Source: Polaromonas sp.
GTDB taxonomy: Bacteria > Pseudomonadota > Gammaproteobacteria > Burkholderiales > Burkholderiaceae_C
Assembly (NCBI GenBank): GCA_043738155.1
Contig: JAYSZH010000032.1
Span: 1-44,277 of the forward strand
Length of the DNA stretch: 44,277 bases
Reading direction: 5' to 3'
Shown here: positions 1 to 9,649 of the stretch, in pieces
Numbering within the stretch: the first letter of the stretch is position 1
How the letters are laid out: each line of letters opens with the position of its first letter
Translations under genes and position numbers: made by a program
Notes under the pieces: generated by a model
Databases searched by the model: none
The model's input: only the letters and a program-made list of their open reading frames with translations
What the model was told of the DNA's origin: nothing

Positions 1-505
1 GGCCGGGGTCGTTGAAGTTAGCTGCTTGAACGGAACCATTTAGCCCATTAGCCGAGGTAATCTCTGCACAGACAGCTATGATTTTTGCAGCATCTAAGCC
101 CAAAATCGCCGCCATCGCACCCTGCCCCACAGGCACGGCGTCTTGCATGGCTTGGGCACGTAAGCGCACCAGCGGCGCAGCTTGGGTGAGCGTCAAAACG
201 CCAGAAGCGACCAAAGCGGAGTATTCGCCCAATGAATGCCCTGCAACGACGGATGGTGTCAGCCCCGTCTCAGCCAGCCAAACGCGGTACGCCGCTACGG
301 CGGAAACCAGCATGACGGGCTGGGTGTTCGTCGTCAATGCCAGCGCTTCTTTCGGGCCGTTTTTGATGAGGGCAGCGACGTCTTCACCCAGAGCGTCAGA
401 CGCTTCTTGCAGCGTTTGAGCCACGATAGGGTGGTCACCCCAAGCGTCCAACATGCCGACGGATTGCGAGCCCTGACCCGGGAAGACGAATGCAAATGGT
501 TTCAT
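1..505 (-). CDS. fabD: Malonyl-CoA:ACP transacylase FabD, N-terminal part; the gene runs off the window start
   Basis: Reverse-strand translation from the ATG at 505..503 reads MKPFAFVFPGQGSQSVGMLD...VVAGHSLGEYSALVASG. It carries the GQGSQ and GHSLGEY transacylase motifs and lies directly downstream of fabH, as in the plsX-fabH-fabD cluster. It is missing from the ORF track because it is truncated. Confidence 0.9.
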   Translation of the reverse strand, partial: MKPFAFVFPGQGSQSVGMLDAWGDHPIVAQTLQEASDALGEDVAALIKNGPKEALALTTNTQPVMLVSAVAAYRVWLAETGLTPSVVAGHSLGEYSALVASGVLTLTQAAPLVRLRAQAMQDAVPVGQGAMAAILGLDAAKIIAVCAEITSANGLNGSVQAANFNDPG

Positions 506-555
506 GAAACTACCTTACTGATACGTATTAAAAATTAATTTGCCATGAATAATAT

Positions 556-630
556 AGCGGTTTTTAAACCCTAAATATGACGTTAGCCGGCGTATTTATT
601 AACTAAGTAGCTATTAAAAATATAGCAATA
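556..630 (-). repeat. Dispersed repeat copy 1 (reverse orientation), in the fabH-fabD intergenic region
   Basis: The reverse complement of 574..629 is TTGCTATATTTTTAATAGCTACTTAGTTAATAAATACGCCGGCTAACGTCATATTT. The core AATAAATACGCCGGCTA is exact (complement of 585..601). Confidence 0.9.
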
Positions 631-644
631 TTAGAAAACAATCA

Positions 645-1664
645 TCAAAACTCAAGCAGTGCAGAACCCCAAGTAAATCCGCCACCAACGGCCTCTAACA
701 TCAGCGTTTGACCTTTTTTGACTTGCCCTGAGCGCACAGCGGCGTCCAGCGCCAGTGGAATCGATGCTGCGGATGTGTTGCCATGTTGATCGACAGTGAC
801 AACCACCTTTTCCATGGGCAATTTGAGTTTTTTCGCCGTGCTGGTCATGATGCGGATATTGGCTTGGTGCGGAATCAGCCAGTCAATATCGGCTTCGGTT
901 TTACCGGCTTTGGCCAGCGTGGCGCGGGCGGTATCGGCCAAAACGCCAACGGCGAGTTTGAACACAGCTTGCCCGTCCATCTGCAAAAACGCAGAGCCTT
1001 CCACGGCGCCGCCACCCACATTGCCAGGCACGCACAAAATGCCCACGTGTTTGCCGTCGGCGTGCAAATCGGTTGCCAAAATGCCCGGTGTGTCGGACGC
1101 CTCTAAGACGACAGCGCCAGCGCCGTCGCCAAACAACACACAGGTGGTGCGGTCTTTGAAGTCCAAAATACGAGAAAAGGTCTCTGCACCAATAACGATG
1201 GCTTTGTTTGCCGCGCCAGATTGAACCATCGCGTTGGCGACCGACAGCGCATAGACAAAACCGGTGCAAACCGCCTGGATGTCAAACGCCGCGCAGCCAG
1301 CGATGCCCAGCTTGTTTTGCACAATGCAGGCGGTTGACGGGAAAACCATGTCTGGCGTGGAGGTGGCGACGATGATCAAATCAATGTCACTGGCCTGCAG
1401 ACCCGCCGCTTGCATGGCGCTTTTAGCGGCAGCAACGGCGAGTTCACTGGTCAAAACGCCTTGTTCTGAAAAATGCCGTGCGCGAATACCGGTGCGTTCA
1501 ACGATCCAGTCGTCGCTGGTTTCTACGCCTGTGGCTGCTAATTGGGTGACCAAATCAGCGTTGGTCACGCGTTTGGGCGGCAAAAAGCTACCTGTGCCAG
1601 TGATGCGAGCAAAGCGCGCTGGTTTGTTTGGCTGACTATTTGTCTGAGAGGGCTGAGTCGTCAA
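645..1664 (-). CDS. fabH: 3-oxoacyl-ACP synthase III (KAS III)
   Basis: 339-aa ORF with [10 protein letters not shown], the active-site Cys context [22 protein letters not shown] and [12 protein letters not shown]. It sits between plsX and fabD. Confidence 0.95.
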   Translation of the reverse strand: MTTQPSQTNSQPNKPARFARITGTGSFLPPKRVTNADLVTQLAATGVETSDDWIVERTGIRARHFSEQGVLTSELAVAAAKSAMQAAGLQASDIDLIIVATSTPDMVFPSTACIVQNKLGIAGCAAFDIQAVCTGFVYALSVANAMVQSGAANKAIVIGAETFSRILDFKDRTTCVLFGDGAGAVVLEASDTPGILATDLHADGKHVGILCVPGNVGGGAVEGSAFLQMDGQAVFKLAVGVLADTARATLAKAGKTEADIDWLIPHQANIRIMTSTAKKLKLPMEKVVVTVDQHGNTSAASIPLALDAAVRSGQVKKGQTLMLEAVGGGFTWGSALLEF

Positions 1665-1776
1665 AAGATTCTGGGCAATAGATTTGCCAAATGTTGTCTA
1701 ATTAGCTGAGTTTAACAGCGCTTTTAGAGAGGCCTAACTAAGTCGCAGTGTAAGCAGCAGTGGGCGAGACTTAGGG

Positions 1777-2805
1777 CTAGGCTGCTGTTTGGCTACGGTT
1801 TAACAACGGGGCAGCATGCGCGATACGGGCTTTGACGCGGTCAACCAAATCATGCTTGGCCGCTTCATACGCGCGGCTGAGGGCATTTTCAAACGCCATC
1901 ACGTCCGCAGAACCATGGCTTTTGAACACCAAACCGCGTAACCCGAGCAGCGCAGCGCCATTGTGGCGTCTGTGGTCAAAGCGAAATTTAAACGCTTTTA
2001 GAACCGGATAAGCGCAGATAGCAGCCATTCTGGTAAAAATATTGCGAGAAAACTCTGCCTTTAGAAAGCTGCCAAACATAGAGGCAGCACCTTCAGTTGT
2101 CTTCAAAGCGACGTTGCCGACAAAGCCGTCGCACACCACAATATCGACCGTGCCTTTGAAAATATCGTTGCCTTCTACATTGCCGTAGAAATTTAAATCA
2201 CCAGCTGCAGCGGCGGCACGTAGCAATTCACCCGCTTGTTTGATGACTTCGCTGCCTTTGATGTCTTCTTCACCAATATTCAACAAACCAACCGTAGGGT
2301 TGTCGTTATTTCGCAAAACCGACACCAAAGCCGATCCCATGACTGCAAATTGCAGCAAATGCTCTGCTGTGCAGTCCACATTGGCCCCCAAGTCGAGCAC
2401 CATGGTGGCATCGCCTTTGGCGTTGGGCACCAAGCCTGAAATGGCGGGGCGGTCAATGCCGTCTAGTGTTTTGAGAACAAAGCGGGAAATAGCCATCAAC
2501 GCACCCGTATTTCCAGCAGAAACGGCGGCTTGCGCTGTGCCGTCTTTGACTTGGTTGATGGCGACGCGCATGGAAGAGTCTTTTTTCTTGCGCAGTGCGA
2601 TTTCCAGCGGATCGTCCATGCCGACAACCTCGCTGGCCGGCACAATCGTGGCACGCACATGCGAAAAACCCGCCAGTGCAGCGGGTAGGCCGACCATCAA
2701 GAGTTCGGCATCTTCGTGTTTATCGAGAAACTGGCGGCAGGCCGCCAAAGTAACGATGGGACCGTGGTCACCACCCATGCAGTCAACAGCTAATTTAACC
2801 ATCAC
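1777..2805 (-). CDS. plsX: Phosphate acyltransferase PlsX
   Basis: 342-aa ORF with the [15 protein letters not shown]-terminus and the GFVGNVALK motif. It follows the conserved rpmF-plsX-fabH order. Confidence 0.95.
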   Translation of the reverse strand: MMVKLAVDCMGGDHGPIVTLAACRQFLDKHEDAELLMVGLPAALAGFSHVRATIVPASEVVGMDDPLEIALRKKKDSSMRVAINQVKDGTAQAAVSAGNTGALMAISRFVLKTLDGIDRPAISGLVPNAKGDATMVLDLGANVDCTAEHLLQFAVMGSALVSVLRNNDNPTVGLLNIGEEDIKGSEVIKQAGELLRAAAAAGDLNFYGNVEGNDIFKGTVDIVVCDGFVGNVALKTTEGAASMFGSFLKAEFSRNIFTRMAAICAYPVLKAFKFRFDHRRHNGAALLGLRGLVFKSHGSADVMAFENALSRAYEAAKHDLVDRVKARIAHAAPLLNRSQTAA

Positions 2806-2872
2806 GCGAGCGTAATCATTTAAAAATTAGCTCACCCGACCGCTATTAACCAACGTCAACTGAAGCAGGAAT

Positions 2873-3064
2873 TTATTCAGCAGCCGTGTCAGACTTGTTT
2901 TTCAACACTTGGCGACCACGGTAAAAACCGTTAGGACTGATGTGGTGACGCAGGTGTGTTTCGCCAGTTGTTGGCTCGACAGCGATGCCCGGCACAACCA
3001 ATGCATTGTGTGAACGGTGCATGCCGCGCTTAGACGGTGATTTTTTGTTTTGTTGAACGGCCAT
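2873..3064 (-). CDS. rpmF: 50S ribosomal protein L32
   Basis: 63-aa basic [25 protein letters not shown]..., typical of L32. It lies downstream of the DUF177 gene. Confidence 0.95.
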   Translation of the reverse strand: MAVQQNKKSPSKRGMHRSHNALVVPGIAVEPTTGETHLRHHISPNGFYRGRQVLKNKSDTAAE

Positions 3065-3188
3065 GATGTGGCTCCTAAACTGTAAATACTAACGATGAAT
3101 ATTAAAAATGTGCCACATGGATGTGACTCTAGCTGCACACTTTAAGCACAGCGAAGCCCACGATTATAGCGCATTCCTAGCGAAATTG

Positions 3189-3812
3189 CTACTTTTTACC
3201 CCCTACCTTGCCTTTTAAAGAGGCCAATACCGCGAATGGGTTGGGTTTGCCTGCCCCGACAGCTTCGGCATCGCCTTCAAAATCAGCATCAGACGCAGAC
3301 ATTTTTGGCGTCACAGGGCAAACATCGTGCAACGGCACTTGCGGCAAGGCCATCAAAAGCTCATCCTCAATCAGCTCAGACAAGTTAAATTCACGGCTGA
3401 TGGCCAGCAAATCTTCATCGCATTCGTCATCTTCGGCTTCTGCAGTCGCCTCATCCGCCACAAATCGGTAAGAGCGATCGACTTCTAAAAGCGTGGAAAC
3501 CTCGCCCAGGCAACGCTGGCAGGTTTGTGGCAAATGCGTTTGGGCGGTCAAATGCAACCAAACCCGAGGCTTAACCTTGGCAAGTTCGCCCGCGCTTTCA
3601 ACCAGCTCACCATCCGCCCGCCAAACAACACTCTCTGACGGGGTTAAATTATCCTCTAGCCGGCACGATTCCTGCCTTAAGCGCTCATATTTTAATAGCG
3701 AATCTTGTCCTTTCAGGTAGCCATTCACCTGCGCCAAACCCGCCACATCGAGGCGGTCTGCACGGAAATTCAAGCTCAAATCTTTCTTTGATGCATTCAT
3801 ACTGTCACTCAC
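3189..3812 (-). CDS. yceD: YceD/DUF177 family protein (large-subunit ribosome maturation factor)
   Basis: 207-aa acidic ORF with a CQRCL Cys pair, immediately upstream of rpmF in the classical arrangement. The start could instead be the ATG four codons downstream (MNASKK). Confidence 0.85.
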   Translation of the reverse strand: MSDSMNASKKDLSLNFRADRLDVAGLAQVNGYLKGQDSLLKYERLRQESCRLEDNLTPSESVVWRADGELVESAGELAKVKPRVWLHLTAQTHLPQTCQRCLGEVSTLLEVDRSYRFVADEATAEAEDDECDEDLLAISREFNLSELIEDELLMALPQVPLHDVCPVTPKMSASDADFEGDAEAVGAGKPNPFAVLASLKGKVGGKK

Positions 3813-3862
3813 TTTGTTTTTATTGCTCTCAAGTGTACCAACGAGTGCGAAAATACGGTGCT

Positions 3863-4474
3863 ATGAACATTTCTGTGACAAATTCACCCGCCAGCAATCG
3901 TCAAGTCATTTTGGGGTCAACCTCAATCTACCGCCGCGAATTGATGAATCGCCTGCGTATTCCTTTTGGCGTCCAATCGCCAGACGTGGACGAAACAGCG
4001 CTCAGCGGTGAATCGCCTTTGCAACTCGCCCAGCGCCTCGCTTTGGCCAAAGCCAACGCTGTCGCCCTAAAATCCCCAGAATCTGTGGTGATTGGCTCTG
4101 ACCAAGTGGCTGATTTAGAGGGATTGGCACTCGGCAAACCCGGTAATTTTGAACGCGCCACCGTGCAATTGCGCCAAATGCGCGGCAAAACCGTGCTTTT
4201 TCACACCGCCGTGGCTGTGGTTTGCCATGCTACAGGGTTTGTTGAACAAGATTGCGCGTCTGTGCACGTGGTTTTTCGCGATTTAACGGACGATGAAATA
4301 ACAGCGTACCTTTTGGCCGAAACACCTTACGACTGCGCAGGCAGCGCCAAAAGCGAAGGTTTGGGGATTGCATTGCTGTCGTCCATTGATAGCGACGACC
4401 CGACGGCATTGGTGGGCTTGCCTTTGATTCGTACCTGTAACATGTTGCGCGCTGCTGGCGTGAAGTTGTTATGA
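3863..4474 (+). CDS. maf: Maf-like nucleoside triphosphate pyrophosphatase
   Basis: The ORF-track frame 3788..4474 has an internal ATG at 3863 giving MNISVTNSPASNRQVILGSTSIYRRELM... The 25 codons upstream are Cys-rich and overlap the yceD start region. The ILGS.S..R and GSDQV motifs are Maf-like. Confidence 0.85.
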   Translation: MNISVTNSPASNRQVILGSTSIYRRELMNRLRIPFGVQSPDVDETALSGESPLQLAQRLALAKANAVALKSPESVVIGSDQVADLEGLALGKPGNFERATVQLRQMRGKTVLFHTAVAVVCHATGFVEQDCASVHVVFRDLTDDEITAYLLAETPYDCAGSAKSEGLGIALLSSIDSDDPTALVGLPLIRTCNMLRAAGVKLL

Positions 4475-5256
4475 CTTCCTTCTCAAATAGCACCAAAGGC
4501 AAGCTGTATTTGGTGCCAGCACCGTTGGATTTTGGCTGCGACACTTTGACACCATTGAGCGACGTACTACCGCAAGGAACGCTACAAATTGCCGCCAAAC
4601 TACAGCATTGGGTCTGCGAAAACGCAAAATCAACCCGAGCCTACTTAAAACGTGTTGATGAGATTTGCCCGCTGCTTCAGCCTTTGCAAGCCATCAACAT
4701 CCAAGAACTTCCCCGTGAAGTGCATAAAAAAGGCGACCACCCAGGCAGTCTTGGCGCGAGTTTTGATGCCAAGCCGTTGCTGGCAGCGGCACTGTTAGGG
4801 TTTGACGTGGGCCTGGTCAGCGAGGCTGGCATGCCTGCGATTGCAGACCCTGGCTCGTCCGTCGTGCGTGCCGCACATGATTTGGGCGTTGTTGTTGTAC
4901 CGCTGGTAGGCCCTGTATCCTTGATGTTGGCGTTGGCGGCGAGTGGGCTTAATGGACAAAATTTTGCCTTTGTCGGCTATTTGCCGTCAGACTCCATCTT
5001 GCTCGCCAAGCGCATCAAAGAACTCGAGCAATTGGCACTGAAAACTGGGCAGACCCAACTTTTTATTGAAACACCTTACCGTAACACGGCATTGCTGCAA
5101 ACTTTAATCAACCAACTGCAGCCAAACACGCGCTTGGCGATAAGTTGTGGACTGACACTTTCAAATATGCAGACACAAAGCAACAAAGTCGTCCACTGGC
5201 GCCAAAAATCGCATACTTTGCCCATAACTTTGCCAGCAGTTTTTGGAATTGGGTAA
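4471..5256 (+). CDS. SAM-dependent methyltransferase, tetrapyrrole-methylase (RsmI-like) fold
   Basis: 261-aa ORF with LYLVPAPL and SEAGMPAIADPGS motifs. Its start overlaps the maf stop by 4 bp (ATGA), which suggests translational coupling. Confidence 0.75.
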   Translation: MTSFSNSTKGKLYLVPAPLDFGCDTLTPLSDVLPQGTLQIAAKLQHWVCENAKSTRAYLKRVDEICPLLQPLQAINIQELPREVHKKGDHPGSLGASFDAKPLLAAALLGFDVGLVSEAGMPAIADPGSSVVRAAHDLGVVVVPLVGPVSLMLALAASGLNGQNFAFVGYLPSDSILLAKRIKELEQLALKTGQTQLFIETPYRNTALLQTLINQLQPNTRLAISCGLTLSNMQTQSNKVVHWRQKSHTLPITLPAVFGIG

Positions 5257-5280
5257 TATTCCTGTTTAATTGTTTTTAGA

Positions 5281-5334
5281 TAATGTTTACTTTCTACTCA
5301 AAAGTACCCATAATGGGTAAAAAAGTAACATTAA
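5281..5334. promoter_or_regulatory. Nested inverted repeat between the methyltransferase stop and the 5449 gene
   Basis: TACCCAT-A-ATGGGTA (5305..5319, perfect 7-bp arms) is flanked by an imperfect outer inverted repeat, AATGTTTAC ... GTAACATT. It could be an operator or a terminator; the function is unknown. Confidence 0.3.
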
Positions 5335-5448
5335 ATACACTTGGATACATAGCTGAAACATAACACAGGCGACTTGTGAAGTGAATCAAATGCAATCATT
5401 TTTGCCAATCACGCCGCAAGTTTTTACGAGTAACACGGTCTAGGGAAT

Positions 5449-7176
5449 ATGCGCCACCTCAATCGTTATCTCTTCACAGCATCGCTGCTCTTCACCGCAT
5501 TGACGGTTGACGCAGTGCAACTCGGTTCTGCAAAAGGCTCTGCCGTTTTCGGTCGTCCCCTCGATTTAAGTGTGCAAGTGCGTTTAGACGCACCCGCAGA
5601 AGAAGCTAGCAATTGCTTTAGCGCTGAAGTTTTTCAAGCAGACACCAAATTTGATGTGGGACGCGTTCGCCTAGATGTGACACCAGCAGCCAATGGTTTG
5701 GACGCGACTGTGCGTGTTCGCTCTGCAACCGCTGTCAACGAGCCTTGGGCTAAAGTCATCCTGCGCAGCAATTGCGGCACAAAAGTGTCACGGCAATATG
5801 ATTTTTTGACGGATTTTGTGGCAGATACGCCCGTTGGTAGCATCCAGGCTGAAACGGCACCGGCTCTGCCAACGGCAAATACAGCAAGCTTTGCGAATGC
5901 GGCGGCTAAGCCTAGTGCGGCTATCGCACAAGCACCTGTTTCTAACTGGAGCGTGAAGCGCTCTCAAGCAAAGGCAAAAACATCACAACAAAAGCCAGAC
6001 ACGCAGATCGCACAAGCACCTTTAGCGTCAAAAAAATTAAAACCTATTGCACCTGCCACTGCTGTTTCAACGGCTGGCGCAAAGATGACAACTGACATGG
6101 TTGCCGATGCTGTGGGGCAATCAAGGCTGAAAATGGAAACATTTGAGTTGACGGACGAACATCAAGTTCTCCTCAAGCTGTCTACTGCCTTGGTCGCACC
6201 GACAGGCATGCGAACACCTGAGGAAATTCAAGCACTGGCTCAAGCAACTGCGGTTTGGCGCGCGATCAATGGCATCCCAGCTGATATCAAGGCAGTTGAA
6301 ACTTCAGCTACAGATATATTAGCCTCAGCTCAAATCAAAGCACCAGCAGTGTCAGCACCGCCAGTGACTACACCCTCGCTGATGAATCAAAAACTAGCGG
6401 GAAAAAGCGAATTCTCCAACCTGATGGTGTATGGCCTCATCGGTTTACTGGCTTTAGCGCTTGCTTGTATCGCTTGGTTGTGGCTGCGGGTTCGTAGAGC
6501 TTCGCGTGCTGGCTACGGATGGTTGAATGATTCTGTGACAGATGATGCAGCTGCTGATCATGAGCAAACTCAATTTTTGCATTCCAATTTTTACGAAACT
6601 GAAATTGCAGCTCAAGACAAGCCAGAACCAAGCTTTGAAACGGAAACCGAAGTAGATGCGGGGACCACAACAAAAGCAGCAGTTGACGAAATATTTACAG
6701 AAGTCGTTGAAGATGAAAACGTGCAAGTCGCCTCTTTGTCGTCCAGCCCTTTGGCATCACTGGTAGCGCACAACAACAGCAATGAATCTAACCCATTTGA
6801 CGGGTCGACACAAAAATCTGATTTAAAAACTGGAAAATCAGTTGCCGCAACGAACAAGCAAATTAGCAGCCGGATGCCTCCGCATTTTGATGATCCACGG
6901 TTTGACGAGCGCGTGCTGCTTGCCAAGAAAAAACCCCGCGAAGTCTCTCATGAGCAACCCATCACATCTTCGGTTGAATTGATCAACTTGGTTTTGGCTG
7001 ACACACCACCCAAGTTGAGATCAGTGACAACGCTGGTTCCAGAGTCTAAGAACAAGCAAAGCGCTACAACAAGTAAAGCTGCATCAACAAAAGACGATCC
7101 TAAAAGCAACCTGATAGATTTTGACGCATTTGCAGAGCCTGAGCCCCTGAATAAGCCGACACGCTTTGTCCGTTAA
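5449..7176 (+). CDS. Hypothetical single-pass membrane protein with a low-complexity acidic tail
   Basis: 575-aa ORF with a GGGA Shine-Dalgarno-like sequence just upstream. It has an N-terminal signal-like hydrophobic segment (LFTASLLFTALTV), an Ala/Pro/Thr/Gln-rich middle, one clear TM helix (MVYGLIGLLALALACIAWLWL) and an acidic C-terminal half. Confidence 0.7.
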   Translation: MRHLNRYLFTASLLFTALTVDAVQLGSAKGSAVFGRPLDLSVQVRLDAPAEEASNCFSAEVFQADTKFDVGRVRLDVTPAANGLDATVRVRSATAVNEPWAKVILRSNCGTKVSRQYDFLTDFVADTPVGSIQAETAPALPTANTASFANAAAKPSAAIAQAPVSNWSVKRSQAKAKTSQQKPDTQIAQAPLASKKLKPIAPATAVSTAGAKMTTDMVADAVGQSRLKMETFELTDEHQVLLKLSTALVAPTGMRTPEEIQALAQATAVWRAINGIPADIKAVETSATDILASAQIKAPAVSAPPVTTPSLMNQKLAGKSEFSNLMVYGLIGLLALALACIAWLWLRVRRASRAGYGWLNDSVTDDAAADHEQTQFLHSNFYETEIAAQDKPEPSFETETEVDAGTTTKAAVDEIFTEVVEDENVQVASLSSSPLASLVAHNNSNESNPFDGSTQKSDLKTGKSVAATNKQISSRMPPHFDDPRFDERVLLAKKKPREVSHEQPITSSVELINLVLADTPPKLRSVTTLVPESKNKQSATTSKAASTKDDPKSNLIDFDAFAEPEPLNKPTRFVR

Positions 7177-7208
7177 AGCTTGTTGCTGATGACTTTACTC
7201 ACTAAGAT

Positions 7209-8333
7209 TTAAGCAAACACGCCAGCCGTGTTTTGCATGCGGTTGGATACCTCACCCAACTGGTGCAAGGTGTCGCCAAATGTCATCTCTAGCTGCGTCA
7301 AGTGCTTGAAGTAATGGCTGACAATGTACTCGTCCGTCACACCAATACCGCCGTGTAGTTGCACAGCTTGCTGGCCCACAAAACGCATGGAATTGCCCAA
7401 TTGGTACTTAGCGCGTGCCATCGCAGCGCGGCGTTCTGCTGCGGGGGCATTGAGTTTCAGCGCTGCGTAATAGCTCATGGAGCGCGCCAATTCCAGCTGC
7501 ATCTTCACATCGGCCATGCGGTGGCGCAGCGCTTGGAAGCTGCTGATAACCACACCAAACTGCTTTCGGGTGTTCATGTACTCGGCGGTGATGGCGACGG
7601 TTTTGTCCATAGCGCCCACAGCTTCGGCACAAGTTGCGGCGATTCCGATGTCCACGCCATGCTCCAAAGCCGTTAAACCGTCCAAGGTGACCAACTGCGC
7701 TGGCGCATTTGTCAATCTCAATTCCGCAGCACGGCCACCGTTTTGTGTGCCATAGCCAGTAGTTGTGACACCGGCCGCTGTGCGCTCCACTAAAAACATC
7801 GCCATCTTGCCATCTAGCATCGCTGGAACCAAAAATGCATCTGCTTTATCACCCACAGGCACTATGCTTTTTATAGCTGATAAAGCATATTTATCGCCGG
7901 CTACAGCCATTTTTGATGCCGTAGAAGCACATAGATCCAAGTTATACCGCGCTGCACGCTCTTGGTAAGCCAGTACAACCAACGCCTCACCTGCTGCAAT
8001 TTTTGGCAACCAATCCGCTTTGATAGCTGCCGACGCATAGCCTGACAACAAGCCACTGGCAATCAATGTTTGCGCAAATGGCTCAAGCACGATGCCCCGC
8101 CCCAGTTCCTCCATCACCACCATGCCTTCTACAGGCCCCATGCCCAGACCGCCATCTTCTTCTGCGATGTACAACCCGCCAAGACCCAATTCGGCGATTT
8201 CATCGAATGCTTCTTTTGAAAAACCACCGCTATTTTCAATACTACGGCGGCGCTCAAAAGTGTAGGCTTTGTCTACCCATTTGCGGACCGCATCTCGCAA
8301 TTGTTCTTGGTCGTCTGTGAAATCGAAATTCAT
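7209..8333 (-). CDS. Acyl-CoA dehydrogenase family protein (downstream member of a tandem pair)
   Basis: 374-aa ORF with ACAD-like N-terminal (MNFDFTDDQEQLRDAVRKW), middle and C-terminal (QLHGGIGVTDEY) regions. Confidence 0.85.
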   Translation of the reverse strand: MNFDFTDDQEQLRDAVRKWVDKAYTFERRRSIENSGGFSKEAFDEIAELGLGGLYIAEEDGGLGMGPVEGMVVMEELGRGIVLEPFAQTLIASGLLSGYASAAIKADWLPKIAAGEALVVLAYQERAARYNLDLCASTASKMAVAGDKYALSAIKSIVPVGDKADAFLVPAMLDGKMAMFLVERTAAGVTTTGYGTQNGGRAAELRLTNAPAQLVTLDGLTALEHGVDIGIAATCAEAVGAMDKTVAITAEYMNTRKQFGVVISSFQALRHRMADVKMQLELARSMSYYAALKLNAPAAERRAAMARAKYQLGNSMRFVGQQAVQLHGGIGVTDEYIVSHYFKHLTQLEMTFGDTLHQLGEVSNRMQNTAGVFA

Positions 8334-8385
8334 GTTTTTTCCTAAAGAGCTTGAGTGACCTAGATAAGCAGATGTTTTACCTGAT

Positions 8386-9564
8386 TTAGCCTAAAACAGT
8401 TTGCGACACGATGTTGCGTTGCACTTCGTTAGAACCACCATAAATCGTGGTTTTCCGCATATTGAAGTAAGTGCTCGCCAACGGTGCACAGTGCGCAGCG
8501 CCAACGTGATCACCTTGCCAACCAGCTTCCATGGCCTCACGAACCAGCGGCAAGGCGAAGGGACCAGCGGCTAGCATCATCAGCTCCGTATAGCGCTGCT
8601 GAATTTCGCTGCCGCGAATTTTCAGCAAACCCGCCACATCAAGCGAGTTTTTGCCCGATTTTTCAGCGCTCAAGACCCGCAACACCATCATCTCCAGCGC
8701 CACGACATCCACTTCAAGCTTGGCGATTTCGTCGCGGAACCTGACATCGTCCCAGACGCCTTCTGCCTTGGCTATGCGCTTCAAGCGCTCCAGTTCGCGC
8801 TTTGTACGGTTCACATCGGCAATATTGGTGCGCTCATGGCTGAGCAAATGCTTGGCGTAAGTCCAACCTTTGTTTTCTTCGCCAATCAGGTTTTCAGCGG
8901 GTACTTCAACATTGTCAAACCAAACTTCATTCACCTCGGCATCACCATCCAACAAAACAATCGGCCGAACGGTAACGCCTTTGCTTTTCATATCAATCAG
9001 CAAAAAACTGATGCCAGTTTGTGGTTTACCTTCATTGCTGGTGCGTACCAAACAGAAAATCCACTCACCGTACTGACCCAGCGTTGTCCAGGTTTTTTGA
9101 CCGTTGACGATGTACTTATCACCCACTTTTTCAGCTTTGCATTTGACCGAGGCCAAATCTGAGCCCGAGCCGGGTTCACTGTAACCCTGGCTCCACCACA
9201 CCTCGCCACTGGCAATACCCGGCAAATGTTGCTTTTGCTGCTTCTCGTTGCCAAACGCCATGATGACGGGTGCCACCATGACAGGGCCAAAGGGAACAAC
9301 GCGAGGTGCACCTGCACGCGCGCATTCCTCTTCAAACAAGTGTTTTTGTACCGCGTTCCAGCCAGGGCCGCCAAATTCTTTTGGCCAGCCATGACCCAGC
9401 CAACCTTTTTTGCCCAGTATTTTTGCCCAGTTTTGCATGTCGTCACGGGTCAAGTTCAGGTCGTTATGAACTTTATGCGAGATATCTTTAGGCAAATTTG
9501 CCCCCACCCAGGAGCGGATGTCTTCGCGAAACTGTTGTTCTTCAGGGGTGAAGGCTAAATCCAT
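8386..9564 (-). CDS. Acyl-CoA dehydrogenase family protein (upstream member of a tandem pair)
   Basis: 392-aa ORF, MDLAFTPEEQQFREDIRSW..., with WSQGYSEPGSGSDLAS (FAD/substrate region) and IYGGSNEVQRNIV near the C-terminus. Confidence 0.9.
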   Translation of the reverse strand: MDLAFTPEEQQFREDIRSWVGANLPKDISHKVHNDLNLTRDDMQNWAKILGKKGWLGHGWPKEFGGPGWNAVQKHLFEEECARAGAPRVVPFGPVMVAPVIMAFGNEKQQKQHLPGIASGEVWWSQGYSEPGSGSDLASVKCKAEKVGDKYIVNGQKTWTTLGQYGEWIFCLVRTSNEGKPQTGISFLLIDMKSKGVTVRPIVLLDGDAEVNEVWFDNVEVPAENLIGEENKGWTYAKHLLSHERTNIADVNRTKRELERLKRIAKAEGVWDDVRFRDEIAKLEVDVVALEMMVLRVLSAEKSGKNSLDVAGLLKIRGSEIQQRYTELMMLAAGPFALPLVREAMEAGWQGDHVGAAHCAPLASTYFNMRKTTIYGGSNEVQRNIVSQTVLG

Positions 9565-9649
9565 GCTTACTTTCTCCAGATTAACGCTAATTGCTTAGCT
9601 GCTTTTTCAACTTACCAACGAATCTAGCACGACCGTGCTTTTACAACTG

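Noticed and set aside
78-538. The + strand ORFs 78..419 and 236..538 at the window start
   Set aside because: They are antisense shadows of the fabD coding sequence, which reads convincingly on the minus strand.
3788-3862. N-terminal extensions implied by the ORF track (maf 3788, purN 10343, lrp 24752, mltA 26581, collagen-like 40189, purB 35763)
   Set aside because: The extensions are Cys-rich or otherwise odd, and some overlap divergent neighbours. They precede internal ATGs that give canonical family N-termini or signal peptides, in some cases with better Shine-Dalgarno sequences.
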